Source of the DNA: Pseudomonadota bacterium | Lineage (GTDB): Bacteria > Pseudomonadota > Gammaproteobacteria > Burkholderiales > REEB80 | DNA: 64,000 nucleotides | Direction of reading: 5' to 3' | Assembly: GCA_028873515.1 (NCBI GenBank) | Contig: JAGWIG010000002.1 | Span: forward strand, 93,950-157,949 | Shown: piece by piece, positions 23,384 to 33,520 of the stretch | How the letters are laid out: each line of letters opens with the position of its first letter | Position numbering within the stretch: position 1 is the stretch's first letter | Notes under the pieces: model-generated | The model's input: only the letters and a program-made list of their open reading frames with translations | Databases searched by the model: none | What the model was told of the DNA's origin: nothing | Translations under genes and position numbers: made by a program

Positions 23384-24832
23384 ATGGAGATTTATACGGT
23401 GTTACGTAGAACAAAAATTGTCGCGACACTTGGACCTTCGTCCAGTGATCCAATAGTGCTGGGTCGATTGATTGATGCCGGTGTGGATGTCGTTCGCCTG
23501 AATTTCTCACATGGAAAGGCTCAAGATCACATCAATTCCGCCGCACTCGTCCGTGAACTCGCCGAAGCCCGGGGGCGCACGGTTGGTATTATGGTGGATT
23601 TGCAAGGACCAAAAATTCGTGTGGGTAAATTTGAAAATAATAGTGTTACTTTAAAAGCCGGTGCCAAATTTATTCTTGATGCCAACTGCACGCTTGGCAA
23701 CGAAGAAAGAGTCGGGATTGATTACAAGGAACTGCCACGTGATGTCGAACAGGGCGCAATCTTGATGCTAAATGACGGCATTATCCAGATGGTGGTTGAC
23801 AAAGTTTTAGGCAATGAGATTATTTGTTCAGTTACTGTTGGGGGAGTACTCTCCAATAATAAAGGAATCAATAGGCAGGGTGGGGGGTTAACTGCACCTG
23901 TTCTTACAGACAAAGACAAGGAAGATATCAAAACTGCCGCTCTACTAGATGCGGACTATCTGGCTGTTTCTTTCCCGAAATCGGGTGAAGACATGCACAC
24001 AGCCCGCCGTCTTTTGCACGATGCAGGTGGACACGCTTGGCTTTGTGCAAAAATTGAGCGCACTGAAGCCATCAGTGCTCTTGAAGATATTCTCGCTGCA
24101 TCTGATTCAATCATGGTGGCGCGAGGTGACCTTGGTGTCGAAATGGGTGATGCAGCAATTCCGGCCCTACAGAAACAGATGATCCGACTAGCCCGTAAAA
24201 TGAACAAAACCATTATCACTGCAACACATATGATGGAATCCATGATCAACAATCCAATTCCAACACGTGCGGAAGTATCAGACGTCGCGAATGCTGTTTT
24301 GGATGGAACCGATGCGGTCATGCTTTCAGCAGAATCTGCAGCTGGAACCTATCCCGTGGAAGCCGTAGAGGCTCTTGATCGAGTCTGCAGACAGGCAGAG
24401 CGAATGATCGAAATTTATGTCGATTCACAAAAGGTAGCACCCCATCAAAGCGGCATGCACCGTGATGAAGCAATTGCACAAGCTACCATGTATACCGCCA
24501 ATCATTTAGATGTCAAAGCCATTGCTTCTATGACACAAACCGGGCTCACTCCACTTTGGATGTCACGGTTCAATTCCGATGTCCCTATTTATGCGCTGTC
24601 TGATGATCTTCGCACCTGTCGTAAAGTGACACTATTTCGCGGTGTTCAGCCCATTCATTTCGTATATGCCACTAACAACCGTGAAGAAATACTCCTTCAG
24701 GCTGAAAGATTGATCCGGCAGTGTCACGCGGTCAAGGAAGGAGATCTTGTTATCATGACCATTGGCGAGCCCATCGGAAAACCAGGGGGTACAAATACAA
24801 TGAAAATCATCAAAGTCGGTGAGCATCGATAA
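23384..24832 (+). CDS. pyk: Pyruvate kinase
   Basis: 482 aa. RRTKIVATLGP, VRLNFSHG, MVARGDLGVE and the C-terminal regulatory domain are present. Confidence 0.93.
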   Translation: MEIYTVLRRTKIVATLGPSSSDPIVLGRLIDAGVDVVRLNFSHGKAQDHINSAALVRELAEARGRTVGIMVDLQGPKIRVGKFENNSVTLKAGAKFILDANCTLGNEERVGIDYKELPRDVEQGAILMLNDGIIQMVVDKVLGNEIICSVTVGGVLSNNKGINRQGGGLTAPVLTDKDKEDIKTAALLDADYLAVSFPKSGEDMHTARRLLHDAGGHAWLCAKIERTEAISALEDILAASDSIMVARGDLGVEMGDAAIPALQKQMIRLARKMNKTIITATHMMESMINNPIPTRAEVSDVANAVLDGTDAVMLSAESAAGTYPVEAVEALDRVCRQAERMIEIYVDSQKVAPHQSGMHRDEAIAQATMYTANHLDVKAIASMTQTGLTPLWMSRFNSDVPIYALSDDLRTCRKVTLFRGVQPIHFVYATNNREEILLQAERLIRQCHAVKEGDLVIMTIGEPIGKPGGTNTMKIIKVGEHR

Positions 24833-24856
24833 TCTAAATCATTAAAGGGGATTGAA

Positions 24857-25921
24857 GTGGCACTCGTAACTCTACGGCAGCTTCTAGATCATGCAGCAGA
24901 CAATGCATATGGTTTACCTGCATTTAATGTCAATAATATGGAACAGGTACATGCTATTATGCAGGCTGCCAACACCTGCTCGAGTCCCGTTATAATGCAA
25001 GGTTCCGCTGGGGCTAGAAAGTATGCGGGCGAGCCTTTCCTAAGGCATCTTATTCTTGCCGCGATTGAGGCCTACCCTCACATTCCTGTCGCCATGCACC
25101 AGGATCATGGCCAGTCTCCGGCAGTCTGTATCAACGCTATTCGATCTGGCTTTTCTAGCGTCATGATGGACGGCTCTTTACTCGAAAATGGCAGATCTCC
25201 TTCAGATTATAATTACAACATTACAGTCACGCGTAAAGTTGTTGAAATAGCTCATGCGGTCGGCGTCTCAGTCGAAGGGGAACTTGGAGTGCTTGGTTCG
25301 CTTGAAACCATGAAAGCGGACAAAGAGGATGGGATAGGAGCCGAAGGGAAAATGACCAGGGAGCAGCTTTTGACAGATGTAAACCAGGCTGCAGATTTTG
25401 TGAAACAAACGGGCGTTGATGCCCTGGCGATTGCAATCGGCACTTCTCATGGGGCCTACAAATTTAGCCGGAAACCTACCGGCGATATTCTAGCGATCCA
25501 CAGAATCAAGCAAATCCATGCCCGATTACCCAACACTCATCTTGTTATGCATGGTTCGAGCAGTGTGCCTCAGGAATGGCTGGATATTATTCGAGAGTTC
25601 GGCGGGGACATGAAAGAGACCTATGGAGTTCCTGTTGAAGAAATTGTTGAAGGAATACGTCATGGTGTACGTAAAGTAAATATAGATACAGATATCAGGC
25701 TTGCCATGACAGGGGCAATACGGCGCCACCTTGCAACACATCGGACTGAGTTCGACCCCCGTAAATACTTGCATGACGCAGAAGCTGCTGCTCAGGATAT
25801 CTGTAAGAAACGCTTTGAAGCCTTTGGAAGCGCTGGCCAGGCAGAGCGGATCAAACCCATCCCACTCGAAGAAATTGCCCTTCAGTATTCCAGAGGCGCG
25901 CTACAGGCTGTTGTACGATGA
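24857..25921 (+). CDS. fba: Class II fructose-bisphosphate aldolase (Calvin-cycle/CbbA-like subtype)
   Basis: 354 aa. [17 protein letters not shown] and GTSHGAYKF motifs are present. It has a GTG start with AAGGGG upstream, and its stop overlaps the purC start (ATGA). Confidence 0.93.
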   Translation: MALVTLRQLLDHAADNAYGLPAFNVNNMEQVHAIMQAANTCSSPVIMQGSAGARKYAGEPFLRHLILAAIEAYPHIPVAMHQDHGQSPAVCINAIRSGFSSVMMDGSLLENGRSPSDYNYNITVTRKVVEIAHAVGVSVEGELGVLGSLETMKADKEDGIGAEGKMTREQLLTDVNQAADFVKQTGVDALAIAIGTSHGAYKFSRKPTGDILAIHRIKQIHARLPNTHLVMHGSSSVPQEWLDIIREFGGDMKETYGVPVEEIVEGIRHGVRKVNIDTDIRLAMTGAIRRHLATHRTEFDPRKYLHDAEAAAQDICKKRFEAFGSAGQAERIKPIPLEEIALQYSRGALQAVVR

Positions 25922-26820
25922 TAAAACAAGAAGCGCTGATCCAATCCAGCCTCAGTAGTCTCAAACTTCTAAGCCGTGGCAAAGTGCGGGATATTTATGA
26001 GGTTGACAATGAATATTTACTACTAATCACTACTGATCGTTTATCTGCATTTGATGTAATTTTGCCTGATCCAATACCAGGAAAAGGAAAAATTCTCACC
26101 ATGATGTCGATCTTCTGGTTCAAGATGCTCGGTAGCAGCCTTACTACACAATTGACCAACATTGATCCCGAGTCTGTTGTCATGATAGCCGAGCGGGACG
26201 AAATTCGAGACAGATCTCTGGTAGTTAAACGAACAAAACCCTTTGCCATTGAGGCAATCGTGCGAGGGTACCTTGCTGGCAGCGGGTTCAAGGAATACCA
26301 AAGAAACGGGGCTGTTTGCGGGGTCAATCTTCCTCGGAATCTTAAAATTGCAGATGCATTACCCGAAGCCATCTTCACTCCTTCGACGAAACCTTCAGAC
26401 AAAAGTCATGATGAAAATATCTCTTTTGAACAGATGGCAAGCATAACTGGCAAGGAACACGCTAACAAAATCCGTGAAATAAGCTTGGATATCTATCGGC
26501 GTGCCAGCAGGTACGCTGAGACACGGGGCATTCTCATTGCTGATACAAAATTTGAATTTGGTCTGGACACACAAGGACAGCTATGTTGGATTGATGAAGC
26601 GCTCACCCCTGATTCATCAAGGTTCTGGCCTGAAGATGCCTGGAGCCCGGGCCATAACCCACCAAGTTTTGACAAACAGTTTGTACGTGATTACCTCGAA
26701 CAAATTGACTGGGATAAAACTTCACCAGGCCCGCGTTTACCAGAGGAGATAGTCAGAAAAACCTCAAATAAATATGCTGAGGCATTATGGCGCTTAACCG
26801 GCCAGCGAATCAATTTGTAA
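25918..26820 (+). CDS. purC: Phosphoribosylaminoimidazole-succinocarboxamide synthase
   Basis: 300 aa. [18 protein letters not shown] and ADTKFEFG are SAICAR synthetase (long form) blocks. Confidence 0.93.
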   Translation: MIKQEALIQSSLSSLKLLSRGKVRDIYEVDNEYLLLITTDRLSAFDVILPDPIPGKGKILTMMSIFWFKMLGSSLTTQLTNIDPESVVMIAERDEIRDRSLVVKRTKPFAIEAIVRGYLAGSGFKEYQRNGAVCGVNLPRNLKIADALPEAIFTPSTKPSDKSHDENISFEQMASITGKEHANKIREISLDIYRRASRYAETRGILIADTKFEFGLDTQGQLCWIDEALTPDSSRFWPEDAWSPGHNPPSFDKQFVRDYLEQIDWDKTSPGPRLPEEIVRKTSNKYAEALWRLTGQRINL

Positions 26821-27082
26821 AACTCCAGAGTCACACACACAATTACCTAGATAATTGCTGAAAGAATACATCAATACGAATAAGCATTAAACCAGCTACG
26901 TCAAATCCTAAAACCTTTATTGGCCTCAGAAAACTCCCCCTGTTTTTTTATGCGCCTGCAAAGATCTGCATTTAAAAAAACCGATCAAGCCATGGATAAA
27001 TTTCAGGAAGGCTTCTAATCATTCTCACGATTCGAAGTCAACGCTAAATCTACTGTTGGAAAGATAAAGCAGATGGCAGAAG

Positions 27083-27259
27083 GGGCCTCCCGCATATGCC
27101 GTCAGGCCATCATCCTGAACCTAGTGGTTCAAGGCGGTCGCCACGCCCCAGCTTCAGGCTCATTCGCAAAGGAATGCGCACAACGGCCAGCACCTGCAGC
27201 AACCCTGTTTCAAATATTGGTTCAAAGAGTCTTTGACCTTAACCAACACAGCAGGAGGA
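27083..27259 (-). ncRNA. ssrS: 6S RNA (SsrS)
   Basis: Starts right after the zapA stop, as in the zapA-ssrS synteny of E. coli. On the minus strand, 5' CCUCCUGC pairs with 3' GCGGGAGG and the pairing extends into a long closing stem. There is an internal hairpin GCCUUGAACCACUAGGUUCAGG analogous to E. coli CCUUGAACCAAGGGUUCAAGG. Length is about 180 nt and the ends are approximate. Confidence 0.72.
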
Positions 27260-27262
27260 ACT

Positions 27263-27571
27263 TTAAAGACCAGCTTGCAGTTCATCCACGGCGGTACCTA
27301 GGGCGTCCTGCAACGATTTAATCTTACTCCGAATTTCAGCAACATCAAAGGATTTACTTATCTTACGAGAATAGAATTCATGAGCAATTTGCAAAGCAGC
27401 AAGTATCGCCACCCTCTCGTTACCGGGCACTCCCCCAGAGTTCTTGATTTCCTGCATACGCAAATTAAGCATGTCAACTGAGGCAAGCAAAGCTTCCCGT
27501 TCATTTTCTGGGCAACCGATACGAAATTCTCGCCCCATAACCAAAACAGTTAAATCCTGATTTTCTGGCAT
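27263..27571 (-). CDS. zapA: Cell division protein ZapA
   Basis: 102 aa. LTVLVMGREFRIGCPENEREALLASVDMLNLRMQEI fits the ZapA family, and it sits in the conserved position upstream of 6S RNA. Confidence 0.9.
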   Translation of the reverse strand: MPENQDLTVLVMGREFRIGCPENEREALLASVDMLNLRMQEIKNSGGVPGNERVAILAALQIAHEFYSRKISKSFDVAEIRSKIKSLQDALGTAVDELQAGL

Positions 27572-27573
27572 AT

Positions 27574-27864
27574 TCAGCGTCTTCCTTGAGGTTCAGGAAT
27601 CTCTCCCAGCAAATCCTGTAAACGAAGCCTCGCCTCTTCCATCCTGCTTGTCAGGAGGCGATTTTGTATCTGCGCATCATCAATCAAGCGCTGACGCGCA
27701 TCGATCTCCAATTGGGCTGATGAGATATGCTGACTTAAAGCCTCATTGATTGCTTGTGCTTTAGCCAACTCAATACGCTGATCATCAATAATCTCGCGCA
27801 TTCGACGCGCAAGTCCAATAAGCGCATCAATCCTGTTTTCCAGAAGATGAATATCCTGCTCCAT
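27574..27864 (-). CDS. Small coiled-coil protein upstream of zapA (ZapB-like / TIGR02449-like)
   Basis: Track ORF is 27574..27996. The heptad-rich portion starts at Met 27864 (MEQDIHLLENRIDALIGLARRM...). A sigma70-like promoter lies inside the longer ORF, which favours the short form. Its stop is 2 nt before the zapA start. Confidence 0.55.
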   Translation of the reverse strand: MEQDIHLLENRIDALIGLARRMREIIDDQRIELAKAQAINEALSQHISSAQLEIDARQRLIDDAQIQNRLLTSRMEEARLRLQDLLGEIPEPQGRR

Positions 27865-27870
27865 GCGCAC

Positions 27871-27900
27871 ACTATAATGGGAAAGGGAAAGCCTGGTCAA
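27871..27900 (-). promoter_or_regulatory. Putative sigma70-type promoter for the zapB-like/zapA/ssrS unit
   Basis: Minus strand reads TTGACC-N18-TATAGT-GTGCGC-ATG. The -35 matches 5/6 and the -10 matches 5/6. The ATG at 27864 sits where the TSS is expected, so the transcript may be leaderless. Confidence 0.35.
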
Positions 27901-28039
27901 CCAAACAAACATATAAAAACCAGGAAAAAGATCGGGCTTACCCCTCCTGAATACATAATCGAGGATCCCCATTAAAGCCAATAAGCCGAAAATCAATAAA
28001 TTCTACCTACCAGATCAAAGATTTCCTCGCAGAATAGGT

Positions 28040-28232
28040 TAGAATAGCACCGTTTCAGGTGCCCTAAACTTTACTGAGTTAGGGAGAATCGGGAAGCAGG
28101 TGAGCACCATGCAATTCCTGCACTGCACCCGCAGCGGTAAGTAAGTGTGGGCGTATCAGCAAGCCACTGTGATTTTAGTCACGGGAAGGCGATACGCCAA
28201 GTCTTGCAAGTCCGAAGACCGGCCTGTCACAT
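28040..28232 (+). promoter_or_regulatory. Cobalamin (B12) riboswitch
   Basis: Conserved core elements are readable: GGTGCC...AGGGAGAATCGGGAAGCAGGTGAGCA..., CTGCACTGCACCCGCAGCGGTAAG, GCCACTG...GGGAAGGC, and the B12 box AGTCCGAAGACCGGCC. It lies directly upstream of a TonB-dependent receptor. Confidence 0.85.
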
Positions 28233-28364
28233 CATATTGAGAATGCTGCGGGGAAGCAGATGAACACTCACCCTTTCCAACCGGCTCGTTCGTCGGCCCG
28301 CGCTTCATTCTCATCTTATTAAAAGACGCTCCGTTGCGGGATGCAGACGGAAAGGAGAAAAAAG

Positions 28365-30227
28365 ATGAGTCCAATCAAAATTGGAAGAACCCTGCTTGCA
28401 ATATCAATAATGAAGTCAGCCCTTACCTATGGGTCAACCGTGTATAAAGGGCAGGATTTTGTAGTTACAGCCACACGAACTCCCGAAGCTGCAAGCAACA
28501 CTACTCAGGATGTAACTGTAATCAGTTCTGCCGAGCTTCTCAATTCTGGTCAAAGAACACTTGGGGAAGTGCTCCAGATGACACCAGGAATTGAAATAGC
28601 ACAAACAGGAGGTGCAGGACAAACTGGCAGCATCTTTATGCGTGGAACAAATTCAAACCAGACCCTTATATTACTCGATGGCGTTCCCATCAATACAGGA
28701 AGTATAGGCACAGCCTCCTTCAATATCATTCCTGTCAATGAAATTGATCATATTGAAATTCTTCAAGGCCCAGCAAGCAGTTTGTATGGTGCGAATGCCA
28801 TAGGAGGGGTTATTCAGATATTTACCAAAAAAGGTAGAGGCACCCCCCATCCCTACATCTCTGCAGGAATGGGGAGCTACAATACCTCCCGGATCAGCAC
28901 AGGCTATGAAGGACAAAAAGGAAACCTGAGTTTTAACATTCTGGGCGGACACGATGAATCCACCTCTATCTCGCAAACGAATTCCAGCAACCCATTCAGC
29001 TTTAATCCCGACACGGATCCTTACCGAAATAACTATGTATCAGGACAACTTTCTTATCTCCTTGCCCCCGGTCAAAAACTGGGAATCGTATTTTTACGAA
29101 ACCATGCAACGGTATTCAACGATGATGGGATTTATGGACCAGCCTCCCTGCAGGATCATACAACAACTACAGTAGGCAACTATGAAGCCTATAGCAGAAA
29201 CCGGATCAATTCATATTGGGTGAGCCAGGTCAATTTTGATCATTCTGTAGATAATGAATTCACTCAAACTGCCAATCCCTTCAGCAGCAACGGTTCCATC
29301 AACAATACCCAGAATGAGATTAACTGGCAAAACGACTTCAGTACTTCACTCGGCATAATAACCCTAGGTGAAGAGAATCAATGGCAGTCAGTTGGTGGCT
29401 CAGCAACTACTTTCGTAATTAACAGAAGAACCAACTCTTCACTCTTTGGCGCTTATCATGAAAATTTCGGTCCCCAGTCTTTCATGATAAGCGGGCGTCA
29501 TGACCAGAATAGCCAGTTTGGTGGCCAAAATACCGGCACAGTAGGTTACGGTTACAGGCTTATACCGGATTTAAGAGTTACTGCTACGATCGGCACCGCT
29601 TTCAGGGCTCCGACTTTTGATGATCTATACGCTGTATATCCATACTATATTGCAAATCCAAACCTGAAACCGGAATTTGCCCTAGACAGGGAAGTGGGGC
29701 TACATTATTCCGGCGGACATGGTGGATTCAGTCTTATTTATTTTGATAATAAAATCAGGAATTTAATCACCGGGTACACCGATACAAATTTCAATTACGT
29801 CATGACAAATGTAGGTTCGGCTAGGATAAAGGGATTGGAAATCGGCTATGACACCAAATTAAAGGGGTTTAGATTTCATTCGTCCATTACCTTCCAGCAA
29901 CCTATCAATGAAGATACCAATACACTCTTGGGTCGCAGGGCACGGCAGCACGGCTTTATCAGGGTCAGCAGAAACTTCAATCGCTGGGGAGTGGGAATAG
30001 AGACAGTTTTCTCAGGGAAACGGTATGATTCATCAGTCAGCAACAACAGTTCAAACAGGCTTGGAGGCTACGGAATCGCCAATTTAACTGCAACTTACAG
30101 GGTGAACTCAGAATTTTCCTGGTATTCCCGTTGGGATAATATTTTCAACAAGCAGTATGAATTGGCACAGGGTTATAATACGCCAGGAAGCAACATTTTT
30201 GTCGGCTTTAATTATTCACCAGATTAA
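28365..30227 (+). CDS. btuB: TonB-dependent outer-membrane receptor, vitamin B12 transporter BtuB-like
   Basis: Signal peptide, TonB-box-like DFVVTATR, plug-domain motifs (IEILQGPASSLYGANAIGGVIQI), and a beta-barrel with C-terminal NIFVGFNY. Controlled by the B12 riboswitch. Start trimmed from 28341 to ATG 28365, preceded by AAGGAG. Confidence 0.88.
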   Translation: MSPIKIGRTLLAISIMKSALTYGSTVYKGQDFVVTATRTPEAASNTTQDVTVISSAELLNSGQRTLGEVLQMTPGIEIAQTGGAGQTGSIFMRGTNSNQTLILLDGVPINTGSIGTASFNIIPVNEIDHIEILQGPASSLYGANAIGGVIQIFTKKGRGTPHPYISAGMGSYNTSRISTGYEGQKGNLSFNILGGHDESTSISQTNSSNPFSFNPDTDPYRNNYVSGQLSYLLAPGQKLGIVFLRNHATVFNDDGIYGPASLQDHTTTTVGNYEAYSRNRINSYWVSQVNFDHSVDNEFTQTANPFSSNGSINNTQNEINWQNDFSTSLGIITLGEENQWQSVGGSATTFVINRRTNSSLFGAYHENFGPQSFMISGRHDQNSQFGGQNTGTVGYGYRLIPDLRVTATIGTAFRAPTFDDLYAVYPYYIANPNLKPEFALDREVGLHYSGGHGGFSLIYFDNKIRNLITGYTDTNFNYVMTNVGSARIKGLEIGYDTKLKGFRFHSSITFQQPINEDTNTLLGRRARQHGFIRVSRNFNRWGVGIETVFSGKRYDSSVSNNSSNRLGGYGIANLTATYRVNSEFSWYSRWDNIFNKQYELAQGYNTPGSNIFVGFNYSPD

Positions 30228-30291
30228 AACAATAAATTATTAATTATAATGCTCCCCATTGCCCCCATAACCCAAAGGGTGCCACTTATTT

Positions 30292-31620
30292 TCACGGCCT
30301 ACGGCGCCCAATGGGATAATACTCAAAACCCTCGTTTTTCATTTCTATTGGTTCATAAAGATTCCGGCCATCAAAAATAACAGGCGTCCTAAGTCTAGAA
30401 GCCATCAGCCCGAAATCCGGGCTTCGGAAACTTTTCCATTCCGTAACAATAATCAGTGCATCAGCAGAATCAAGGGCCTCCATGGCTGAATTGGCATAGC
30501 TTAATCCCGGTTTATTGCCAAAAACTCGCTTGGCCTCATGCAAAGCAGCAGGATCATAGGCACAAACTGTCGCACCGTGACTCAAAAGCAAGCTTATCAC
30601 AGAACGGCTTGGTGCCTCACGCATGTCATCTGTATTCGGTTTGAAAGCGAGACCCCATAAAGCAAAATGATATCCACCAAGATCCTTGCCATATCGTAAC
30701 AATATTTTATCTACGAGCACCTGTTTCTGATCTTCATTGACTTTCTGAACTGCATCAATAATGCGCAGATTCATTCCTTCATCCATGGCGCGACGTTGAA
30801 GTGCTTGAACATCCTTGGGAAAACATGACCCCCCGTAACCACACCCAGCATACAGAAAGTGATATCCAATACGTGCATCTGAACCTACTCCCTGACGCAC
30901 CTGTTCAATATCTGCACCCAGTTTTTCAGCTAGCTGGGCAAGCTCATTCATGAAAGAAATACGAGTAGCAAGCATCGCATTTGCCGCATACTTGGTCAGC
31001 TCAGCTGAGCAAATATCCATAACAAGAATACGCTCATGATTTCTCTGAAACGGGGCATAAAGAGTACGTAGCCTATGAATCGCTTCGTCATCATCTGCTC
31101 CTATGATGATTCTGTCAGGTCGCATAAAATCATCTATGGCTGCGCCTTCCTTGAGAAATTCCGGATTGGAGGCTACACTGAAAGGCAAATCCAGTCCGCG
31201 TTTTTGCAATTCTTCCCGAACAACACCCTGCACGCGATAGGCTGTACCTACGGGCACAGTAGATTTATCTACTATCGTTACATCATGCGTCATATAACGG
31301 CCAATATTCCGGGCGGCAGTTAAAACATATTGCAAATCAGCTGATCCATCCTCATCGGGAGGAGTGCCGACAGCAATGAACTGTAGCAACCCATATTCCA
31401 CGCTCTCAACGATGTCCGTGGTAAATCTTAACCGGTTCTCTCTGCAATTTTTTTGAACCATGGCTTCAAGTCCTGGCTCAAAGATTGGAATTTCGCCACG
31501 ATTCAGCATTTCAATCTTTACCGGATCAACATCCAGACATAACACTTCATTGCCCATTTCAGCCAGACAGGTTCCCGTAACGAGTCCGACATAACCGGTT
31601 CCGATAATAGTAATTTTCAA
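30292..31620 (-). CDS. ugd: UDP-glucose 6-dehydrogenase
   Basis: 442 aa. [16 protein letters not shown] Rossmann start, the catalytic-Cys context GGSCFPKD, and the UDPG/GDP-mannose dehydrogenase family layout. Confidence 0.92.
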   Translation of the reverse strand: MKITIIGTGYVGLVTGTCLAEMGNEVLCLDVDPVKIEMLNRGEIPIFEPGLEAMVQKNCRENRLRFTTDIVESVEYGLLQFIAVGTPPDEDGSADLQYVLTAARNIGRYMTHDVTIVDKSTVPVGTAYRVQGVVREELQKRGLDLPFSVASNPEFLKEGAAIDDFMRPDRIIIGADDDEAIHRLRTLYAPFQRNHERILVMDICSAELTKYAANAMLATRISFMNELAQLAEKLGADIEQVRQGVGSDARIGYHFLYAGCGYGGSCFPKDVQALQRRAMDEGMNLRIIDAVQKVNEDQKQVLVDKILLRYGKDLGGYHFALWGLAFKPNTDDMREAPSRSVISLLLSHGATVCAYDPAALHEAKRVFGNKPGLSYANSAMEALDSADALIIVTEWKSFRSPDFGLMASRLRTPVIFDGRNLYEPIEMKNEGFEYYPIGRRRP

Positions 31621-31765
31621 TCTCGATTATCCTGCAATTAGCAATGCATAGGCCGGATACACCAGCATGTCAGTCCATTGTATCAAATGTAGCAGCCTGC
31701 TGCAGCAGGCGAGAAATAACGATATCAGTTATAATCCCCGCATCTTCCACAGGATCTCCAAAAAC

Positions 31766-33520
31766 GTGACAGACACTCCAGACAGCAAAAAGCTTTACCA
31801 TAGGCTGCTGCTTTATGTTCTACCCTACTGGCGAATATTTGGCCTGTCGGTTCTGTCAACCATCATTTATGCAGCCACCGAACCCGCAATCCCAGCATTG
31901 CTCAAACCTCTGCTCGATGGCAGTTTTGTGCACAAGGATCCAACCTTATTACATTTGGTACCTGTCGTGCTGATTTCTCTTTTCCTGGTGAGAGGAGTCT
32001 CAAGTTTCTTGTCCAGCTATTCACTTGGCTGGATATCCAGCCGGCTAGTAATGGACTTACGCAATCTGATGTTTAGCCAACTTCTTCGTTTGCCTAGCAG
32101 TTATCATGATGAACATTCTTCAGGTGAGCTCATTGCAGACATTGCCTTTAACGTTAATCAGGTTACAGATGCGGGAACATCTGCCATTTCGGTTCTTGTA
32201 CGAGATTCGTTCACAATTATTGGACTATTGGCCTGGATGGTCTACCTGAACTGGAAACTTACATGCATTGCCTTTGCTGTCATCCCCCTCATTTATATTG
32301 TAGTAAGGCAGGCTTCGTCCAGATTACGCAGCATGAGCCTTAAATCACAGGCAAATCTTGGCGATCTGACCCATATTCTTGAAGAAGCCATAATTGGTCA
32401 GAAAGTCGTCAAGATTTTTGGAGGCGAAAACAGAGAATATGCTCGCTTCATAGATGCCAGCAACTGGTCCCGACGGTTTACTATGAAACGTCTGGCTGCT
32501 TCTGCAGCAAATGTTCCGCTAGTTCAGCTCATTTCAGCGATTGCCTTGTCCGGGATCATTTATGTAGCAACCAAACAAGCATTGGACAATCATACTACTG
32601 TAGGTGGGTTTGTCAGCTTCATTACTGCAATGCTACTTCTATTTTCTCCAATTAAGCGCCTTACCAGCGTAAACGAAACATTACAGAGGGGACTTGCAGC
32701 GGCAGAAACCATTTTCGCCTTAGTAGACGCACCAATCGAAACCGATTCCGGGCACATAAAACCATCCGGAATTCAAGGAGCATTGAGCTTCAAAAACATA
32801 ACAATAAAGTATCCGGGTAGCACAAAAGCTGCTCTTAATGACTTAAGCCTCGAAATTGCAGCAGGAGAAACCATTGCTCTTGTTGGAGCTTCAGGTAGTG
32901 GTAAAACTACTCTGGTTAACCTTATTCCCCGTTTTTATATCCCTGACAGTGGAGCTATCCTCCTTGATGGGATCAACCTTTCCGATATTATTTTGCCCGA
33001 GCTTCGAGCACATATTGCCCTAGTAAGCCAGGACATTGTCCTGTTCAATGATACGATTGCCAATAACATTGCCTATGGCGGCCAATCTTCTGCCAGTAGG
33101 GAACAAGTTATGGAAGCGTCAAAAATAGCAAATGCTGAAGAATTCATTCTTCAGTTAGCGAAGGGCTATGACACAATGGTAGGTGAAAACGGAGCCAAGC
33201 TTTCAGGTGGTCAACGTCAACGAGTCGCAATTGCTCGGGCACTGCTCAAGAATGCACCCATTCTTATTCTTGATGAGGCAACATCGGCTCTGGACGCCGT
33301 ATCAGAAGGTCTGGTACAAACAGCTCTTGACAGGCTTATGAAAAACAGGACAACACTCGTAATTGCACATCGCCTCTCCACCGTAGAAAAAGCAAACCGA
33401 ATTATTGTCCTTCAAAGGGGCCGGATTGTTGAATCCGGGTCACACCAGGATTTATTAACCAAAAATGGAACTTATGCGCATTTATATAAAGTCCAGATTA
33501 CAAAACCAATCATGGAGTGA
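31766..33520 (+). CDS. msbA: Lipid A export ATP-binding/permease protein MsbA
   Basis: Six-TM ABC exporter domain plus an NBD with GASGSGKTT, LSGGQRQR and ILILDEATSALD. Track start ATG 31667 adds about 33 non-conserved residues and has no SD. The in-frame GTG at 31766 gives a typical length of about 584 aa. The start is uncertain. Confidence 0.88.
   Translation: MTDTPDSKKLYHRLLLYVLPYWRIFGLSVLSTIIYAATEPAIPALLKPLLDGSFVHKDPTLLHLVPVVLISLFLVRGVSSFLSSYSLGWISSRLVMDLRNLMFSQLLRLPSSYHDEHSSGELIADIAFNVNQVTDAGTSAISVLVRDSFTIIGLLAWMVYLNWKLTCIAFAVIPLIYIVVRQASSRLRSMSLKSQANLGDLTHILEEAIIGQKVVKIFGGENREYARFIDASNWSRRFTMKRLAASAANVPLVQLISAIALSGIIYVATKQALDNHTTVGGFVSFITAMLLLFSPIKRLTSVNETLQRGLAAAETIFALVDAPIETDSGHIKPSGIQGALSFKNITIKYPGSTKAALNDLSLEIAAGETIALVGASGSGKTTLVNLIPRFYIPDSGAILLDGINLSDIILPELRAHIALVSQDIVLFNDTIANNIAYGGQSSASREQVMEASKIANAEEFILQLAKGYDTMVGENGAKLSGGQRQRVAIARALLKNAPILILDEATSALDAVSEGLVQTALDRLMKNRTTLVIAHRLSTVEKANRIIVLQRGRIVESGSHQDLLTKNGTYAHLYKVQITKPIME

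Noticed and set aside
27073-27321. 82-aa plus-strand ORF (MAEGASRICRQ...).
   Set aside because: It lies exactly over the predicted 6S RNA and the zapA 3' end on the opposite strand. Its composition is Arg/Ala-rich, typical of antisense GC-rich structured RNA.
28156-28374. 72-aa minus-strand ORF.
   Set aside because: It is antisense to the cobalamin riboswitch and its expression platform.
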